The notes: generated from the letters alone by a model not told the origin. A stretch of 64,000 nucleotides of DNA from Phycisphaerae bacterium (GCA_963675745.2 CAXXWX010000019.1:447029-511028); one strand, 5' to 3'. Counted from the first letter of the stretch, positions 19,011 to 30,097 are shown. Made by a program: numbers and translations.

Positions 19011-21133
19011 GCACGACACCGGCCGGCCTGCCGCCACATCACGCTGATCACGACCTGATGCGCCCGCTGGCGCGGTTGCGGACACGCTGTCGGCTCTATC
19101 TCGCGCTCGACGGATTGGGGGAGCTCTCTGTAGTGATGGTTGCGGTGGTTGCGGCGCAGCTCCTGCTTGACCGGTGGCTCAGACTGTCTCTCGATCAGCG
19201 CCTGGTGCTGGATCTTGTGATTGCCGCACTCTGGCTGTGGGTGGCCTATCGCGCGCTCGTGCGGCGCCTGCGAATCCCGCTTGGCATAGCGCGCCTGGCC
19301 GGCATCGTTGATCAGCGTTATCCCGAATTGCAGGACCGCCTCACCACCGGCGTGGAGTTTGCCGCGGGCAACGACGCCGGTAGTGCCGCCCGCGCGCCGG
19401 CGCTGGTGGCGGCCGTGGTCGCCGAGGCGTGTGCGGCGGCCCGGCAGGTACAATTCTCCGCCGTGCTGAATCATCGACGCGCACGCCGGCGCGCGCTGGG
19501 CCTGTTGGCAATCTGTACGCTCGTCGCGCTGGCAATCGGCTTTCAGCCGGCAACTGTGCGCATCTGGTTCTCGCGCAACTGGCTGCTACAGAGCGTGCCG
19601 TGGCCGCGCCAGACCCACATCTATCCGCTGGGTTTTGACCAGGCACGCTACCGGGCACACGCTCGCGGCGACGAGCTGGAAATCGTCGCCAATGTCACCG
19701 GACGCATGCCGCGCACCGCCACGCTGGACTGGTGGACGCCAGGCGGACAGCGCGGTGCTGTGCCGCTCAAGCGTGTCGGCCGAAACCGGTTGCAGGGCTC
19801 GCTTGGACAGGTGACCGAGAGCGTGTCCTTTTCAATCACCGGCGGCGATGAACACACGCCTGACCACCATGTCGAGGTTGTCGATCGCCCACGCATAATC
19901 CACATTACCGCGCGCGTCACACCGCCCGATTACACAGGCCTCGACCCGATGGTCACCTCACAACAGACGACGATCGAGATTCTCCGCGGGGGGTGGCTCG
20001 ACCTCATGGTCACCACGAACAAACCCGTCGCCGAGGCGTGGCTTGTCGGCGGCGGCGACAGGGTGCCGTGTGTGGTGGCCGGTACGGATCGGGTTACGGT
20101 TTCATTGCCGTCGCCTGACGCCGGAAGCTACGCCTTCGACATACGTGACAAACACGGCCTTGAAAACGTGCGCCCCGTGCCGCTGAGCATCATAGTCCTG
20201 CCGGACACTCCGCCAACGGCGCGCCTCGAACTGCTCGACGTCGGCCAGTACATCACGCCGCAGGCCCGGCTTGACCTGGCCGTATCATTCGAAGACACGT
20301 ACGGCCTCGCGACGGCCGCCGTAACGGTTCAGAGCGCGCGCCTGCCCGAGACCGTGTTTGAGCTGAGTGAATTCGGGCCGGGCGCCAGTGCGTTTGCCCA
20401 GGTGTATCCGCTCGATGTTGCCACGCTCGCCACCACGCCGGGCGACGTGCTGCAACTTGCGGCCGAGGCGACTGACTTCGACCCGCTTGGGCCCAATGTG
20501 GGGCGCTCGAAGGTCGCGCGTCTGGAGGTGCTGTCGCGCGAGGATTTTCTTAGCGCGCTGGTCAAGCGCGAGTTGACCCTCAGGCGCGAGTTCGAGCAGC
20601 TTGTGGCGGCACAGCGGGCGCTGCGTGAGTCCGTCCTGCGCATCCTGGCGGAGACCGACGCGGGTGATCCAGATGTGTTGTCCAGGCTTGCGGCTCAGGG
20701 TCGGCGCCAGGAGTGGCACGCCGGTCGCTGTGATGCCTTTCAGCGAGATTTCGGGGCGATACTGGCCGAAATGCGGACGAGCCGCGTCGCGCGCGCGGCG
20801 GATGAGCTTCGCATCGGCACGCGAATTGCAGCGCCGCTGGCGGAGCTGGCCGGCGATCTGATACCGGCGGCGGCGACCGAGATCACGCAATCCCGTGGAC
20901 CGGCACAGCTTGAGCGCGTACACGCCGGCCAAGACGAGATCGTCGCGCGCATGGACGCGGTGCTCGAGAATATGCTGGAGCGGGAGGGCTATCGCGAAGC
21001 GGTCGAACTGCTCGAAAACATCATCGCCGAGCAAGAGGAGATTCGCGAGGACACGCTGGAGGCGCTTGAACGCCGGCTCGATGAACTGCTCGGCGGATTC
21101 GAGCGTGACGATGACCGCGCGCCGGAGCCCTGA
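19007..21133 (+). CDS. DUF4175-like membrane protein with Ig-like domains and coiled coil
   Basis: N-terminal TMs, PELQDRLTTGVEF, PPDYT, DTPP, DTYGL motifs, C-terminal coiled coil; last gene of the operon. Confidence 0.7.
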   Translation: MSTTPAGLPPHHADHDLMRPLARLRTRCRLYLALDGLGELSVVMVAVVAAQLLLDRWLRLSLDQRLVLDLVIAALWLWVAYRALVRRLRIPLGIARLAGIVDQRYPELQDRLTTGVEFAAGNDAGSAARAPALVAAVVAEACAAARQVQFSAVLNHRRARRRALGLLAICTLVALAIGFQPATVRIWFSRNWLLQSVPWPRQTHIYPLGFDQARYRAHARGDELEIVANVTGRMPRTATLDWWTPGGQRGAVPLKRVGRNRLQGSLGQVTESVSFSITGGDEHTPDHHVEVVDRPRIIHITARVTPPDYTGLDPMVTSQQTTIEILRGGWLDLMVTTNKPVAEAWLVGGGDRVPCVVAGTDRVTVSLPSPDAGSYAFDIRDKHGLENVRPVPLSIIVLPDTPPTARLELLDVGQYITPQARLDLAVSFEDTYGLATAAVTVQSARLPETVFELSEFGPGASAFAQVYPLDVATLATTPGDVLQLAAEATDFDPLGPNVGRSKVARLEVLSREDFLSALVKRELTLRREFEQLVAAQRALRESVLRILAETDAGDPDVLSRLAAQGRRQEWHAGRCDAFQRDFGAILAEMRTSRVARAADELRIGTRIAAPLAELAGDLIPAAATEITQSRGPAQLERVHAGQDEIVARMDAVLENMLEREGYREAVELLENIIAEQEEIREDTLEALERRLDELLGGFERDDDRAPEP

Positions 21134-21240
21134 CCTGCCCGAAGGTCCGCCCGGGCGATCGCGCACTCTGGCCAAGCCGGCCGCCAGACAGTAAGTTGTC
21201 AGCGGCAAATCGAGATCTCGATGATTGGAGAAGGGCCCCG

Positions 21241-22428
21241 ATGAACAAGCTGGCCGTCGCTCGAAAACTGGTTGACGACATGAGCGCCGCCTCATGGATT
21301 CGCGAGATGTTTGAGAAAGGGCGGCGTCTCAAGGCCGAATTCGGCGCCGAGAATGTCCAGGACTTCTCACTGGGCAACCCGAACGCCGCTCCACCCGCGG
21401 AGTTCTTTGACGCCTTGGCCACCGTCGTGGCCGAGCGCAGCCCCGCGGCTCATCGTTACATGCCCAACGCCGGGTTTGACGAGGCGCGTTCGGCGGTGGC
21501 GGCGTTTTTGTCCCGCGAATACGACATGGCGTTTGACGCCGCCGGCACGATCCTCACAACGGGCGCTGCTGGAGCGTCCAATGTCGTGATGCGGACCCTG
21601 CTGGACCCCGGTGACGAAGTCATCGTGTTGGCGCCGTTCTTCCCCGAGTACCGCTTCTATATCGAGCAGGCGCAAGGCCGCATGGTGGTCGCGGAGACCA
21701 AGCCCGACTTTCAGCTCGACCTTGCGGCGATCGACGCGGCGCTGACCGACAAGACACGCGCGGTTCTGCTCAATACACCCAACAACCCCACCGGCGCGGT
21801 CTACCCCGACGCTGATCTCGCGGCCCTGGGCGAGTTGCTGTCGCGGCACGACAGCGATACCCGGCCGATCTACATGGTGTGCGACGATGTCTATCGGCGC
21901 GTTGTGTTCGACATGAGCAGGTGTCCGACGCCGGCTGCCCACTATCACCGCGCCATCGTCGTATCCAGCTACTCGAAAGACGTAAGCGTGCCGGGCGAGC
22001 GCCTGGGGTACATAGCGTTACCCACGGCGATACCGGAGCGCCAGTTGCTGATAAACGCGATGACCATGCTGAACCGGACACTGGGTTTCGTGAACGCACC
22101 GGCCATCATCCAGCGCGCGATTGCGCTGTGCGCCGATGCGCTGTGTGATGTGGGCACATACAAGGAGAACCGCGACCTGCTCTGCGGCGCACTGGTGGAT
22201 TTCGGCTATGAGCTGCCGGTGCCGCAAGGCGCGCTCTACGCGTTTCCCAAAACGCCGCTTGCGGACGACGCCAAGTTCATTGACGTTTTGCTGGAGCAGA
22301 AGATCCTCGCCGTACCGGGCCGCGGTTTCGGCCGCGCCGGCCACATGCGGCTGGCCTACTGTGTGGATCGCCAGACTATCGAGCGGTCTCTGCCCGGATT
22401 CAAAGCCGCCATCGATGCGGTGCGCTAG
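21241..22428 (+). CDS. PLP-dependent class I/II (aspartate-type) aminotransferase
   Basis: NTPNNPTG, DDVY, SYSKDVSVPGERLGY. Confidence 0.92.
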   Translation: MNKLAVARKLVDDMSAASWIREMFEKGRRLKAEFGAENVQDFSLGNPNAAPPAEFFDALATVVAERSPAAHRYMPNAGFDEARSAVAAFLSREYDMAFDAAGTILTTGAAGASNVVMRTLLDPGDEVIVLAPFFPEYRFYIEQAQGRMVVAETKPDFQLDLAAIDAALTDKTRAVLLNTPNNPTGAVYPDADLAALGELLSRHDSDTRPIYMVCDDVYRRVVFDMSRCPTPAAHYHRAIVVSSYSKDVSVPGERLGYIALPTAIPERQLLINAMTMLNRTLGFVNAPAIIQRAIALCADALCDVGTYKENRDLLCGALVDFGYELPVPQGALYAFPKTPLADDAKFIDVLLEQKILAVPGRGFGRAGHMRLAYCVDRQTIERSLPGFKAAIDAVR

Positions 22429-22454
22429 CAGCCGGCAAGACGGCGGAGCAGCCC

Positions 22455-23153
22455 GTGTGCCCACAGGTTTCAGAACTCGACGGCATATTCCTGGATATGT
22501 ACGGGACGTTGACGACCGGCGATCGAATGGCCGTCGAAACCACCTGTCGGCAGATCGTGGCGGACACGGGCGTCGCACTGACCGCACACGAGTTGAGCAT
22601 TCGCTGGGGTGACCGCTTTTTTGCGTGTCTCGACACGTTCAATGACGAACGCTTCAAGAACCTCTTTGACACCGAGGCCGAATCGCTCGTCATGACCATG
22701 CGCGAGTATGGCGTGGAGGTTGATCCGCGGCCCTACGTCGAGAGATTGACCGCCTATTGGCGCGACCCGCCCTTGCAGCCCGAAGCGCCGCAATTTCTCG
22801 CGGAGTTTCCACTGCCGATCTGCATCGTATCGAACGCCGATCGCGACGACCTGGATGTCGCACTGCGGCGGCGGGAGGTCAACGTGGCGGGTGTCGTGGC
22901 GTCGGACGAGGTCGGGTGTTACAAGCCGCAACCGCGGATCTTCGAGGCGGCATTGAACCTCACCGGCTGGAGTCGCGAGCGCGTGATCCACGTCGGCGAC
23001 TCGTTGCACAGCGATGTCGGTGGCGCCCTCGAAGCCGGCATCCGCAGCGGCTGGCTCAACCGCGCGCACCGCATACACGACGTCGGCACGCACATACCCG
23101 ACTACGAGTTCGAAGACCTGCTCGGCATCACGCACCTAATCAACGGCCGGTGA
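22455..23153 (+). CDS. HAD-family hydrolase
   Basis: FLDMYGTL, VSN, KPQPRIF, HVGDSLHSDVGGA. Confidence 0.92.
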   Translation: MCPQVSELDGIFLDMYGTLTTGDRMAVETTCRQIVADTGVALTAHELSIRWGDRFFACLDTFNDERFKNLFDTEAESLVMTMREYGVEVDPRPYVERLTAYWRDPPLQPEAPQFLAEFPLPICIVSNADRDDLDVALRRREVNVAGVVASDEVGCYKPQPRIFEAALNLTGWSRERVIHVGDSLHSDVGGALEAGIRSGWLNRAHRIHDVGTHIPDYEFEDLLGITHLINGR

Positions 23154-23165
23154 CCGCCGTGCCAG

Positions 23166-23338
23166 CCGGCTGCGTGGAAAGTGCTTCCGATGTACGGCGG
23201 CCGGCGAGGCGCCGGCCGTTACATGTAATGTTCGACCGTTTAGCGCGTATCGCGCTGTAGCGGCCTGCGCCTCGCAGGCCGTCTGCGTAGACAGCGCTTC
23301 CAATGTACGGCGTCCGGCGAGGCGCCGGCCGTTACATG
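23166..23338. repeat. REP cluster: two ~60-bp direct repeats flanking an inverted GTAG REP
   Basis: 23166-23225 and 23279-23338 both end in cggcgaggcgccggccgttacatg; GTAG REP at 23257-23281; lies between convergent genes. Confidence 0.85.
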
Positions 23339-23408
23339 CTATGCGGACACGTAGTACGCCACGCGGATATGTAGCACGCCCCCCGCGACGCCTCCCGCGG
23401 GACCGGTG

Positions 23409-23750
23409 CTAGCGCCGGTGCGTAACCCGGTTGTCCTCGCCGATCTGCGTGAACTCGAACACCAGCCCGACCGGGCATGACACGTCATTGTCCTCGCCGA
23501 CGATCTCGATTTTCTCGACGACGGCCCCGTCTTGAATGAAGACGCTATTATCCGCCCCCATGATCGAGAGCTTCGGCACTTGTGAGCCCTTCTCGATCGT
23601 GATCTCGTGGTCAGCGCCGGTGATTCCGACAACTCCGTGATAGATCTGTTCGTGGCGCGTGCTGTCGCCGGTGATGGCGTTTGTGGCGCACCCCGCGATA
23701 GAAACGATCAACAACATACCCGCGCACAGCTTTGCCGATGCTCCAGTCAT
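23409..23750 (-). CDS. Small beta-solenoid lipoprotein (DUF3060-like)
   Basis: IAGC lipobox; repeated I.G.(D/N)(H/N).(V/I) units; ggag RBS. Confidence 0.7.
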   Translation of the reverse strand: MTGASAKLCAGMLLIVSIAGCATNAITGDSTRHEQIYHGVVGITGADHEITIEKGSQVPKLSIMGADNSVFIQDGAVVEKIEIVGEDNDVSCPVGLVFEFTQIGEDNRVTHRR

Positions 23751-24053
23751 CGTGAGTCTCCTGTTGCGGTTCTTTGTCCACACCTGGTCGGAACTGATGC
23801 TACGTCCGTTTCCGTTGAGCCAGCGCTCAGAGCGTAACATGGCCAGACAACATTGTGGACACCGTCGGGGGCACAAGGTTGGCCACGCGTCACAGGTTAC
23901 CGGGGCCGCCACACCTCCCTGACCCGGCCTCGGCCCTGCTCCGGTTTTGTCGATTGTTGTCGAGTCGGCTCGAATATCGCCGGGCGCACAGCGAAGATCA
24001 GCCTGGGCGACGCCACGGCGGCGAAGCCCGATGTGTGTATAAAATAACAGTTG

Positions 24054-24062
24054 TGCTATAAT
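24054..24062 (+). promoter_or_regulatory. Extended -10 promoter of the export operon
   Basis: TGcTATAAT in an AT-rich divergent intergenic stretch. Confidence 0.6.
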
Positions 24063-24150
24063 GGGCACGCGCGGGGTGGGGCGCTACATTGCAGGCTGGA
24101 TTGCGTCGTCGCGTATAAACCGGCGGCGCGCGTTTCAAGAGGACGTCACA

Positions 24151-24963
24151 TTGTCGGAGATACCGGCACCCGCGGTGGCCAGAGCAATTGGTGCGCGCGA
24201 TATCCCGCTCGTGTTCGTCGCGCCACGGCGGCTGTTTGCGCGGGCCGAGGATGTGGGCGCCTACGCCTGGCCGCTGGTCATCCTGCTGACCGCCGTGACC
24301 CTGCTCGGCGCGGCCACGGTGCAGACCGGGTTAATCGAACTTGAGGTCCGACGCGGGGTGGATGCGCGAATAGCCGCGCTCGACAGCGAGCAGCGCGACG
24401 TGGTCGAGCGTTCCGCCCTGCGCGAGATGTATGCGCAGCAGCGCAAAATGGGAGAGTTCTGGGAGCTGCTCACCAACATCAAGGTCGTCGCGGCCGAACC
24501 GCTGAAGGCGCTTGCCAACGTGCTGTTAGTGGCGGCGGTGCTGTACGGCGTGGTGGCGCTTACCGGGCGCAAGACCGAATGGCACACCTTGCTGACAATC
24601 TGCGTCTTCGCCGGCTTCATCGATCTGCTGCGACTTATCACCGTGCTGGGTCTGATGCTGAGCTTTCGCACGCTCGACGTGGACACATCCGCCGCACTGC
24701 TCGCCCCGATGTTGACCGGCTCGGAAGGAGTGGCGCCACAGCAGACCGCGGCGGTGGCCGGGCTGCTGACCGCGGTGGATCCGTTTCGGATCTGGTATTG
24801 GCTGGTGATCCTGATTGGCCTGTCGGCGACCGCGCAACTGCGCGGCTGGCGGGCCTGGAGCGTGTGCGTATTGTGCTGGTTGATTGGGGCGGGGACGCGT
24901 GCGGGACTGGCCGCCGCCGCCGCCGCGAGCATGGCACCCGCATCGGCTTCTCCCGGCGCATGA
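24151..24963 (+). CDS. YIP1-family membrane protein
   Basis: P.R.F N-terminal motif, five TMs, DPF.IW; first gene of a MacAB-type operon; start uncertain. Confidence 0.75.
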   Translation: MSEIPAPAVARAIGARDIPLVFVAPRRLFARAEDVGAYAWPLVILLTAVTLLGAATVQTGLIELEVRRGVDARIAALDSEQRDVVERSALREMYAQQRKMGEFWELLTNIKVVAAEPLKALANVLLVAAVLYGVVALTGRKTEWHTLLTICVFAGFIDLLRLITVLGLMLSFRTLDVDTSAALLAPMLTGSEGVAPQQTAAVAGLLTAVDPFRIWYWLVILIGLSATAQLRGWRAWSVCVLCWLIGAGTRAGLAAAAAASMAPASASPGA

Positions 24964-25003
24964 ACGACCGCGCTGCGCCGCACAGATGTATCGGAGTCAC
25001 GTC

Positions 25004-26398
25004 ATGAAAACAGTGCTCGGATTGGTCGCCCTGGTCGTAGCGGTGGGCGGGATCTACCTGCTTAACGACCGGATGCGCAATGACGACGGCAAGAGCGTGC
25101 TGCACGTCGCGCCGGAGCCGGACGTGTTCGTGGAGGCTCAACACCCCGAGCAGCGCGACATCATTCGCACTGTCCAGGCCCCCGGCGAGGTCGAGGCCTT
25201 CGACGAGGTTGACATAAGTTCGGAGGTCGTCGCCAAGATCCTCGAAATGCCGGTGGAGGAAGGCGATCAGGTGGAGAAGGGGGACCTGCTGTGCCGGCTT
25301 GATGACGCCGACTACCAGGCTCGGGTTTTGTCCAGGCAGGCCAACGTCGCCAAGCTCGAGGCGATGATCACCCAGGCCGAAGCCAATCTCGAGAAAGCCC
25401 AGCGCGACTGGGAATATCTCCAGCGCGTGCGCGAGATTCACGCGACATCGCGGCGCGAGCTGGCCGACTACCAGACCGCGCTGGTAAACGCCCGGGCGAC
25501 CGTCGACATGAGCAAGCAGGAGCTGGTCGAGGCCGAGGCCTTGCTCCAGTCGGCGCGCGAAGACCTGGAACGCACCGTGATCCGCGCGCCGATCAGCGGG
25601 ATTGTGTCGCAGTGCTTCGCCGAAGAGGGCGAAGTCGTCATCACGGGCACGATGAACAACCCCGGCACACGGGTAATGGTGATCAGTGACCTGTCGAAGA
25701 TGCAGGTGCGTTGCCGCGTGGATGAGGAAGACGCCGCCCTGGTCTCCACCGATCAGCCCGCGCGCATCTATCTCCAGTCAGACACGCACCGCAGCATACC
25801 CGGCAAGGTATTCCGAGTCGGCACCAAGGGCACCAAGCAGGCCGGCCGCGATGTTGTCACCTTCGAAACGCTGGTGCTGATTACGGGTGTGGATCGGCGG
25901 GTCAAACCGGGCATGACCGCCAGCGTAGAGATTGAGGTCTCGCGCCGGGAGCAGGCCCTGGTGGTCCCGGTGCAAGCCGTGGTCCACCGCAAACGCCGTG
26001 ATCTTCCGGACGAGCTGATCGAGAAGCTCGACGCGCGGCAGACAGATGCCGACGAGGAGGAATCGCGGAAAGCGGCCGAGTACGTGCGCGTGGCCTACTG
26101 CATGGAGGACGGAAAGGCCTATCCACGCCTGGTTGAAACGGGGATCAACGATGCCGCCGGCGTGGAAATCGTTGCGGGCGTGACCGCCGATGACACGGTG
26201 ATCACCGGTCCATTCCGCAGCCTCGACCAGATCAAGGAAGGTACTCCGGTCAAGCTCACCGAAAAATCCAAGACGGCCCTGGCCAAGAAGGACGAGGTGG
26301 AGGGCGAGGAAGAGAAAGTGACGGACTCCGCCGACGCGCCGGCCGAAACGGTGGCGGCTGACGACGTCGGCGATTCCACTGCGGGCGGTGGGGGATGA
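25004..26398 (+). CDS. Efflux periplasmic adaptor subunit (MacA/HlyD type)
   Basis: VEEGDQVEKGDLL, IRAPISG, VDEED, KPGMTA motifs. Confidence 0.92.
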   Translation: MKTVLGLVALVVAVGGIYLLNDRMRNDDGKSVLHVAPEPDVFVEAQHPEQRDIIRTVQAPGEVEAFDEVDISSEVVAKILEMPVEEGDQVEKGDLLCRLDDADYQARVLSRQANVAKLEAMITQAEANLEKAQRDWEYLQRVREIHATSRRELADYQTALVNARATVDMSKQELVEAEALLQSAREDLERTVIRAPISGIVSQCFAEEGEVVITGTMNNPGTRVMVISDLSKMQVRCRVDEEDAALVSTDQPARIYLQSDTHRSIPGKVFRVGTKGTKQAGRDVVTFETLVLITGVDRRVKPGMTASVEIEVSRREQALVVPVQAVVHRKRRDLPDELIEKLDARQTDADEEESRKAAEYVRVAYCMEDGKAYPRLVETGINDAAGVEIVAGVTADDTVITGPFRSLDQIKEGTPVKLTEKSKTALAKKDEVEGEEEKVTDSADAPAETVAADDVGDSTAGGGG

Positions 26399-27156
26399 TC
26401 ATGGTCGATCACAATGATGCCCCCGCCAAACCGGTAATCGAACTCGTCGACCTGCACAAGATTTACCGCGTCGGCACCGAACTGGTACACGCCTTGCGCG
26501 GCACAACCGTGACCATCCGTGAAAACGAATATGTCGCCATCATGGGGGCCTCAGGTTCCGGCAAGAGCACGATGCTCAACATCCTCGGCTGTCTCGATAT
26601 CCCCACGCGCGGCATCTACCGGTTAGGGGGCAAAGACGTGGCCAGGCTATCGCAATCCAAGCTGGCGCGCATCCGCGGACAGCGCATCGGGTTCGTCTTT
26701 CAGTCGTTTGAGTTGTTGCCGCGCACGACCGCCCTCAAGAATGTCGAGTTGCCTTTGAGCTACACGCGTGTGCGCCATCGTCGGCAACGCGCGATTGACG
26801 CCTTGAAACGCGTCAACCTGCTGGATCGCTCCCACCACCGGCCCAACCAGCTTTCGGGCGGCCAGAAGCAACGCGTCGCCATCGCCCGCGCCCTGGCGCA
26901 ACAACCTGACATCATTCTCGCCGATGAGCCGACGGGCAATCTCGACAGTCAGACCGGCGAGGAGATCATGGATATCTTCGATCGGCTGCATGAAGACGGC
27001 CAGACCATCATTGTTGTCACCCACGAGGACGAAATCGCGCGGCGTTGCAGCCGGACCATCAAACTCAGGGATGGCCGGATTGTGTCGGACAGCGGCAATG
27101 GGCATGTGGTGGACGAGACAGACGGGCTCGTCGATGTTGCGGTGTCAGCACCATGA
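26395..27156 (+). CDS. ABC transporter ATP-binding protein (MacB/LolD type)
   Basis: [34 protein letters not shown]. Confidence 0.95.
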   Translation: MIMVDHNDAPAKPVIELVDLHKIYRVGTELVHALRGTTVTIRENEYVAIMGASGSGKSTMLNILGCLDIPTRGIYRLGGKDVARLSQSKLARIRGQRIGFVFQSFELLPRTTALKNVELPLSYTRVRHRRQRAIDALKRVNLLDRSHHRPNQLSGGQKQRVAIARALAQQPDIILADEPTGNLDSQTGEEIMDIFDRLHEDGQTIIVVTHEDEIARRCSRTIKLRDGRIVSDSGNGHVVDETDGLVDVAVSAP

Positions 27157-28421
27157 AGACGGCTCAGCTCCTGTTCAGCGCCTTCCTGTTCATTCCCGAC
27201 CGCATCGGGGCGGCGATCGGTAATGTGATTACGGCCCTGGTGCAGATCTGGGCCAACAAGGTGCGCTCGCTGCTCACTGTGCTCGGCATCATCATCGCGG
27301 TGATGTCTATCATCACGGTAGTGTCGCTGGTCGAGGGGTTCGGCAATCACGTGACCGGCTTTTTGCGCGGCTTGGGCACCAACCTGATGGTCGTTTATCC
27401 CGAGTGGATCCGCGGCCCGCGCGGCGAGTATCTGCGACCGGCAGAGATGACCATCGAAGACATTCGCGCCGTGGACGCCGGCGTCGAATCGATCCGCTAC
27501 ACGTCGCCGGTGATTTTCGGCGGCGTGTCGGTCGAGTACGGGCGTCAGCAACTGACCGGCGTCACGATGCGCGGTACGAATGAGTTCTTCAAGCACATCC
27601 GCAATTTCTATCCCGACGCCGGACGTTTCTTTGCCGCCGTCGATGTTGATGCGGGGACGTGGGTGTGCGTGTTGGGGCGCGAGGTGCTGCGCAAGCTCGA
27701 ATGCGACGAGTCAATCGTCGGCGACTACGTGCATCTCGACGGCCAGCGATTTCAGGTGATCGGCCTGCTGGAAGCCAAGGGCTCTTTCATGGGCGATAAC
27801 CAGGATGAACTGGTCGTCATCCCCTACACCACAGCGCTGAAGCTGTACCCCTGGCGCCGCAAGTACCTCGCCTTCTATGTCGAAGCGAAGAGCGAGCACG
27901 AAATCACCGAGGCCCGCGTGCAGATGGTGCGTGTGCTCCGCGAGCGACACGGCCTGAAGCCCGGCGACGCCAACGACTTCGGCATCTTCAAGCAGGACCA
28001 GATTCTTCAGCAGTTCAACCAGATTCGCACCGTGGCCACCAGTGTCCTGGCCGGCATCGTCAGCATTTCGCTATTGGTCGGCGGCATCGGCATCATGAAC
28101 GTCATGCTCGTGTCCGTCACCGAGCGCACGCGAGAAATCGGCCTGCGCAAGAGCGTCGGAGCGCACAGACGCGACATCCTGCTCCAGTTCCTGACCGAGG
28201 CCGTTGTGCTGTCAACCGTCGGCGGCGCGATCGGAATCGCGCTCGGCTATGGGATTGTGCATATGTGCTCGCTCTACCCCGGCATGGTCAAGGCCGATGT
28301 ACCCTATTGGTCGGTCCTGCTGGCGCTCGGCTTCAGCGCCGGCGTGGGGATCTTCTTCGGGATTATCCCGGCGTTCAAAGCCGCCATTATCCACCCGATC
28401 GACGCCTTGCGCCACGAGTAA
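27153..28421 (+). CDS. ABC transporter permease (MacB/FtsX type)
   Basis: RSLLTVLGIII, GGIGIMNVMLVSVTERTREIGLRKSVGA, PIDALRHE. Confidence 0.95.
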   Translation: MKTAQLLFSAFLFIPDRIGAAIGNVITALVQIWANKVRSLLTVLGIIIAVMSIITVVSLVEGFGNHVTGFLRGLGTNLMVVYPEWIRGPRGEYLRPAEMTIEDIRAVDAGVESIRYTSPVIFGGVSVEYGRQQLTGVTMRGTNEFFKHIRNFYPDAGRFFAAVDVDAGTWVCVLGREVLRKLECDESIVGDYVHLDGQRFQVIGLLEAKGSFMGDNQDELVVIPYTTALKLYPWRRKYLAFYVEAKSEHEITEARVQMVRVLRERHGLKPGDANDFGIFKQDQILQQFNQIRTVATSVLAGIVSISLLVGGIGIMNVMLVSVTERTREIGLRKSVGAHRRDILLQFLTEAVVLSTVGGAIGIALGYGIVHMCSLYPGMVKADVPYWSVLLALGFSAGVGIFFGIIPAFKAAIIHPIDALRHE

Positions 28422-28531
28422 ATCGAATACCGAACAAGACGAGCGCAGTCGAAGCGGCCGCCCCCAGTGGCGGCCGTAGCTAATGTAGGGTAGGTCGAGC
28501 GCGGCGAGACCTGCCGTGATCGCTACAGCCG

Positions 28532-30097
28532 CTACAGCCTCACGTTGGGCATCGGCAAATCCACGTCACGAGCGCACGTGAGCGGTCCGACGGCGCTTTC
28601 CACCGCGGTGAGCAGCTCGTTGCTCTCGATGAGCTGCCGGATGGCCTCGATGTCGGGATAAAGCACCCGATCGTCCTCCAGGTGCGGCACGCGCTCGCGA
28701 ATAAGGTCATACGCGATCGCCGTACCTTTGCCCGGCCGTTTTCCGTGGTGAAAGTCGATGGCCTGGGCCGCCGCCATCATCTCAACGGCCAGCACGGCAC
28801 GCACGTTGCGCAGTATCTCGCCGCACTTGCGCACCGCGATCGGCCCCATGCTCACATGGTCCTCCTGGTCGGCCGAGACGCTGATCGAGTCAACGCTCGC
28901 CGGGTGCGAGAGCACCTTGTTTTCGGATACCAGCGCGGCGGCGGTGTACTGCGCCACCATCAGTCCCGAATTGAGCCCCTTGCCCTCGACCAGAAAGTCG
29001 GGCAGACCGGAGAGGGTGGGATTCAGCAGACGATTGGTGTGGCGTTCTGACAGGTTGGCCGTCTCGCTCATGGCGATGCACAGGTAATCGACCGCCAGGC
29101 CGACGCCCTGGCCGTGGAAATTCCCGGCGGCGAAGTACTCTCCGTCATCACCCGCGAAGAACAGAGGGTTGTCGGCGCTGGAGTTGGCTTCGATTGTGAC
29201 GATCCGCCGCACGTATTCGAGCGTGTCCAATGACGGGCCGAGCACCTGGGGCGTGCAGCGCATGCTGTAACCGTCCTGCACCTTGCCGGTCTTGTCCTTC
29301 ATGATCTCGCTGTCGGCGAACAGGCGCAGGAGGTTTGCCGCCACCGCGCTTTGTCCGGGATGCGGGCGGACGGCGTGTACCCGCGGGTCAAAGGCCTTCT
29401 CTACGGCACGCAGGGCATCAAGCGTCATCGCGGCGGCGATCATGGCGTTCTTGATCACGCGCTCGGCATCATACGCCAGCAGGGCCGCCCCGCCGGTCAT
29501 CATCTGCGACCCGTTGATCAAGCCCAGGCCTTCTTTGTAGGTCAGATCGGTGGGCTTGACGCCGGCTTTCTTCATCGCCTCCGCGCCGGACATGAGCTCC
29601 CCCTTGTAAAACGCGCGGCCTTCGCCCAGGGCCACTTCGGCGAACTGCGACAACGGCGATAGGTCGCCGCTCACGCCCAGCGAACCCTTCTCCTGAATAA
29701 ACGGCACAACGCCCTTGTTGACCATGTCCACCACGGTATCGATCAAGCTCAGACGCACGCCGGAATAGCCCTTGGCGAGCGTGTTGGCGCGCAGCGTCAT
29801 GGCGGCGCGCACGGAATCCTCCGGGAATGGCTCGCCGGTGCCGGCCGAGTGGCTGTAGATAATCCGCCGGCTCAATTCGGCGGATTGCTCCGGACTGATG
29901 CGGATGCGCGCAAACTCCCCAATGCCCGTCGTGACGCCATAGACGGCGATGTCACGTCTGACGCAATCTTCGAGAAAATCACGCGATTGCTGCGCGGCGT
30001 GGCGGGCCGCATCACTAACACAGATCGTGGCCCCGTTACGGGCCACATCGACAATCTGTTCGATCGAGAGGGAATTACCGTCGAGCGTTACTACCAT
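28532..30097 (-). CDS. hutH: Histidine ammonia-lyase family enzyme
   Basis: YGVTTG, YSH, GSLGVSGDL, GLGLING, QDGYSMRC, DNP, GNFHG, QEDHVSM. Confidence 0.88.
   Translation of the reverse strand: MVVTLDGNSLSIEQIVDVARNGATICVSDAARHAAQQSRDFLEDCVRRDIAVYGVTTGIGEFARIRISPEQSAELSRRIIYSHSAGTGEPFPEDSVRAAMTLRANTLAKGYSGVRLSLIDTVVDMVNKGVVPFIQEKGSLGVSGDLSPLSQFAEVALGEGRAFYKGELMSGAEAMKKAGVKPTDLTYKEGLGLINGSQMMTGGAALLAYDAERVIKNAMIAAAMTLDALRAVEKAFDPRVHAVRPHPGQSAVAANLLRLFADSEIMKDKTGKVQDGYSMRCTPQVLGPSLDTLEYVRRIVTIEANSSADNPLFFAGDDGEYFAAGNFHGQGVGLAVDYLCIAMSETANLSERHTNRLLNPTLSGLPDFLVEGKGLNSGLMVAQYTAAALVSENKVLSHPASVDSISVSADQEDHVSMGPIAVRKCGEILRNVRAVLAVEMMAAAQAIDFHHGKRPGKGTAIAYDLIRERVPHLEDDRVLYPDIEAIRQLIESNELLTAVESAVGPLTCARDVDLPMPNVRL

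Noticed and set aside
23166..23338. CRISPR array or ncRNA
   Set aside because: Two copies with an inverted related palindrome between them, which fits a REP cluster between convergent genes
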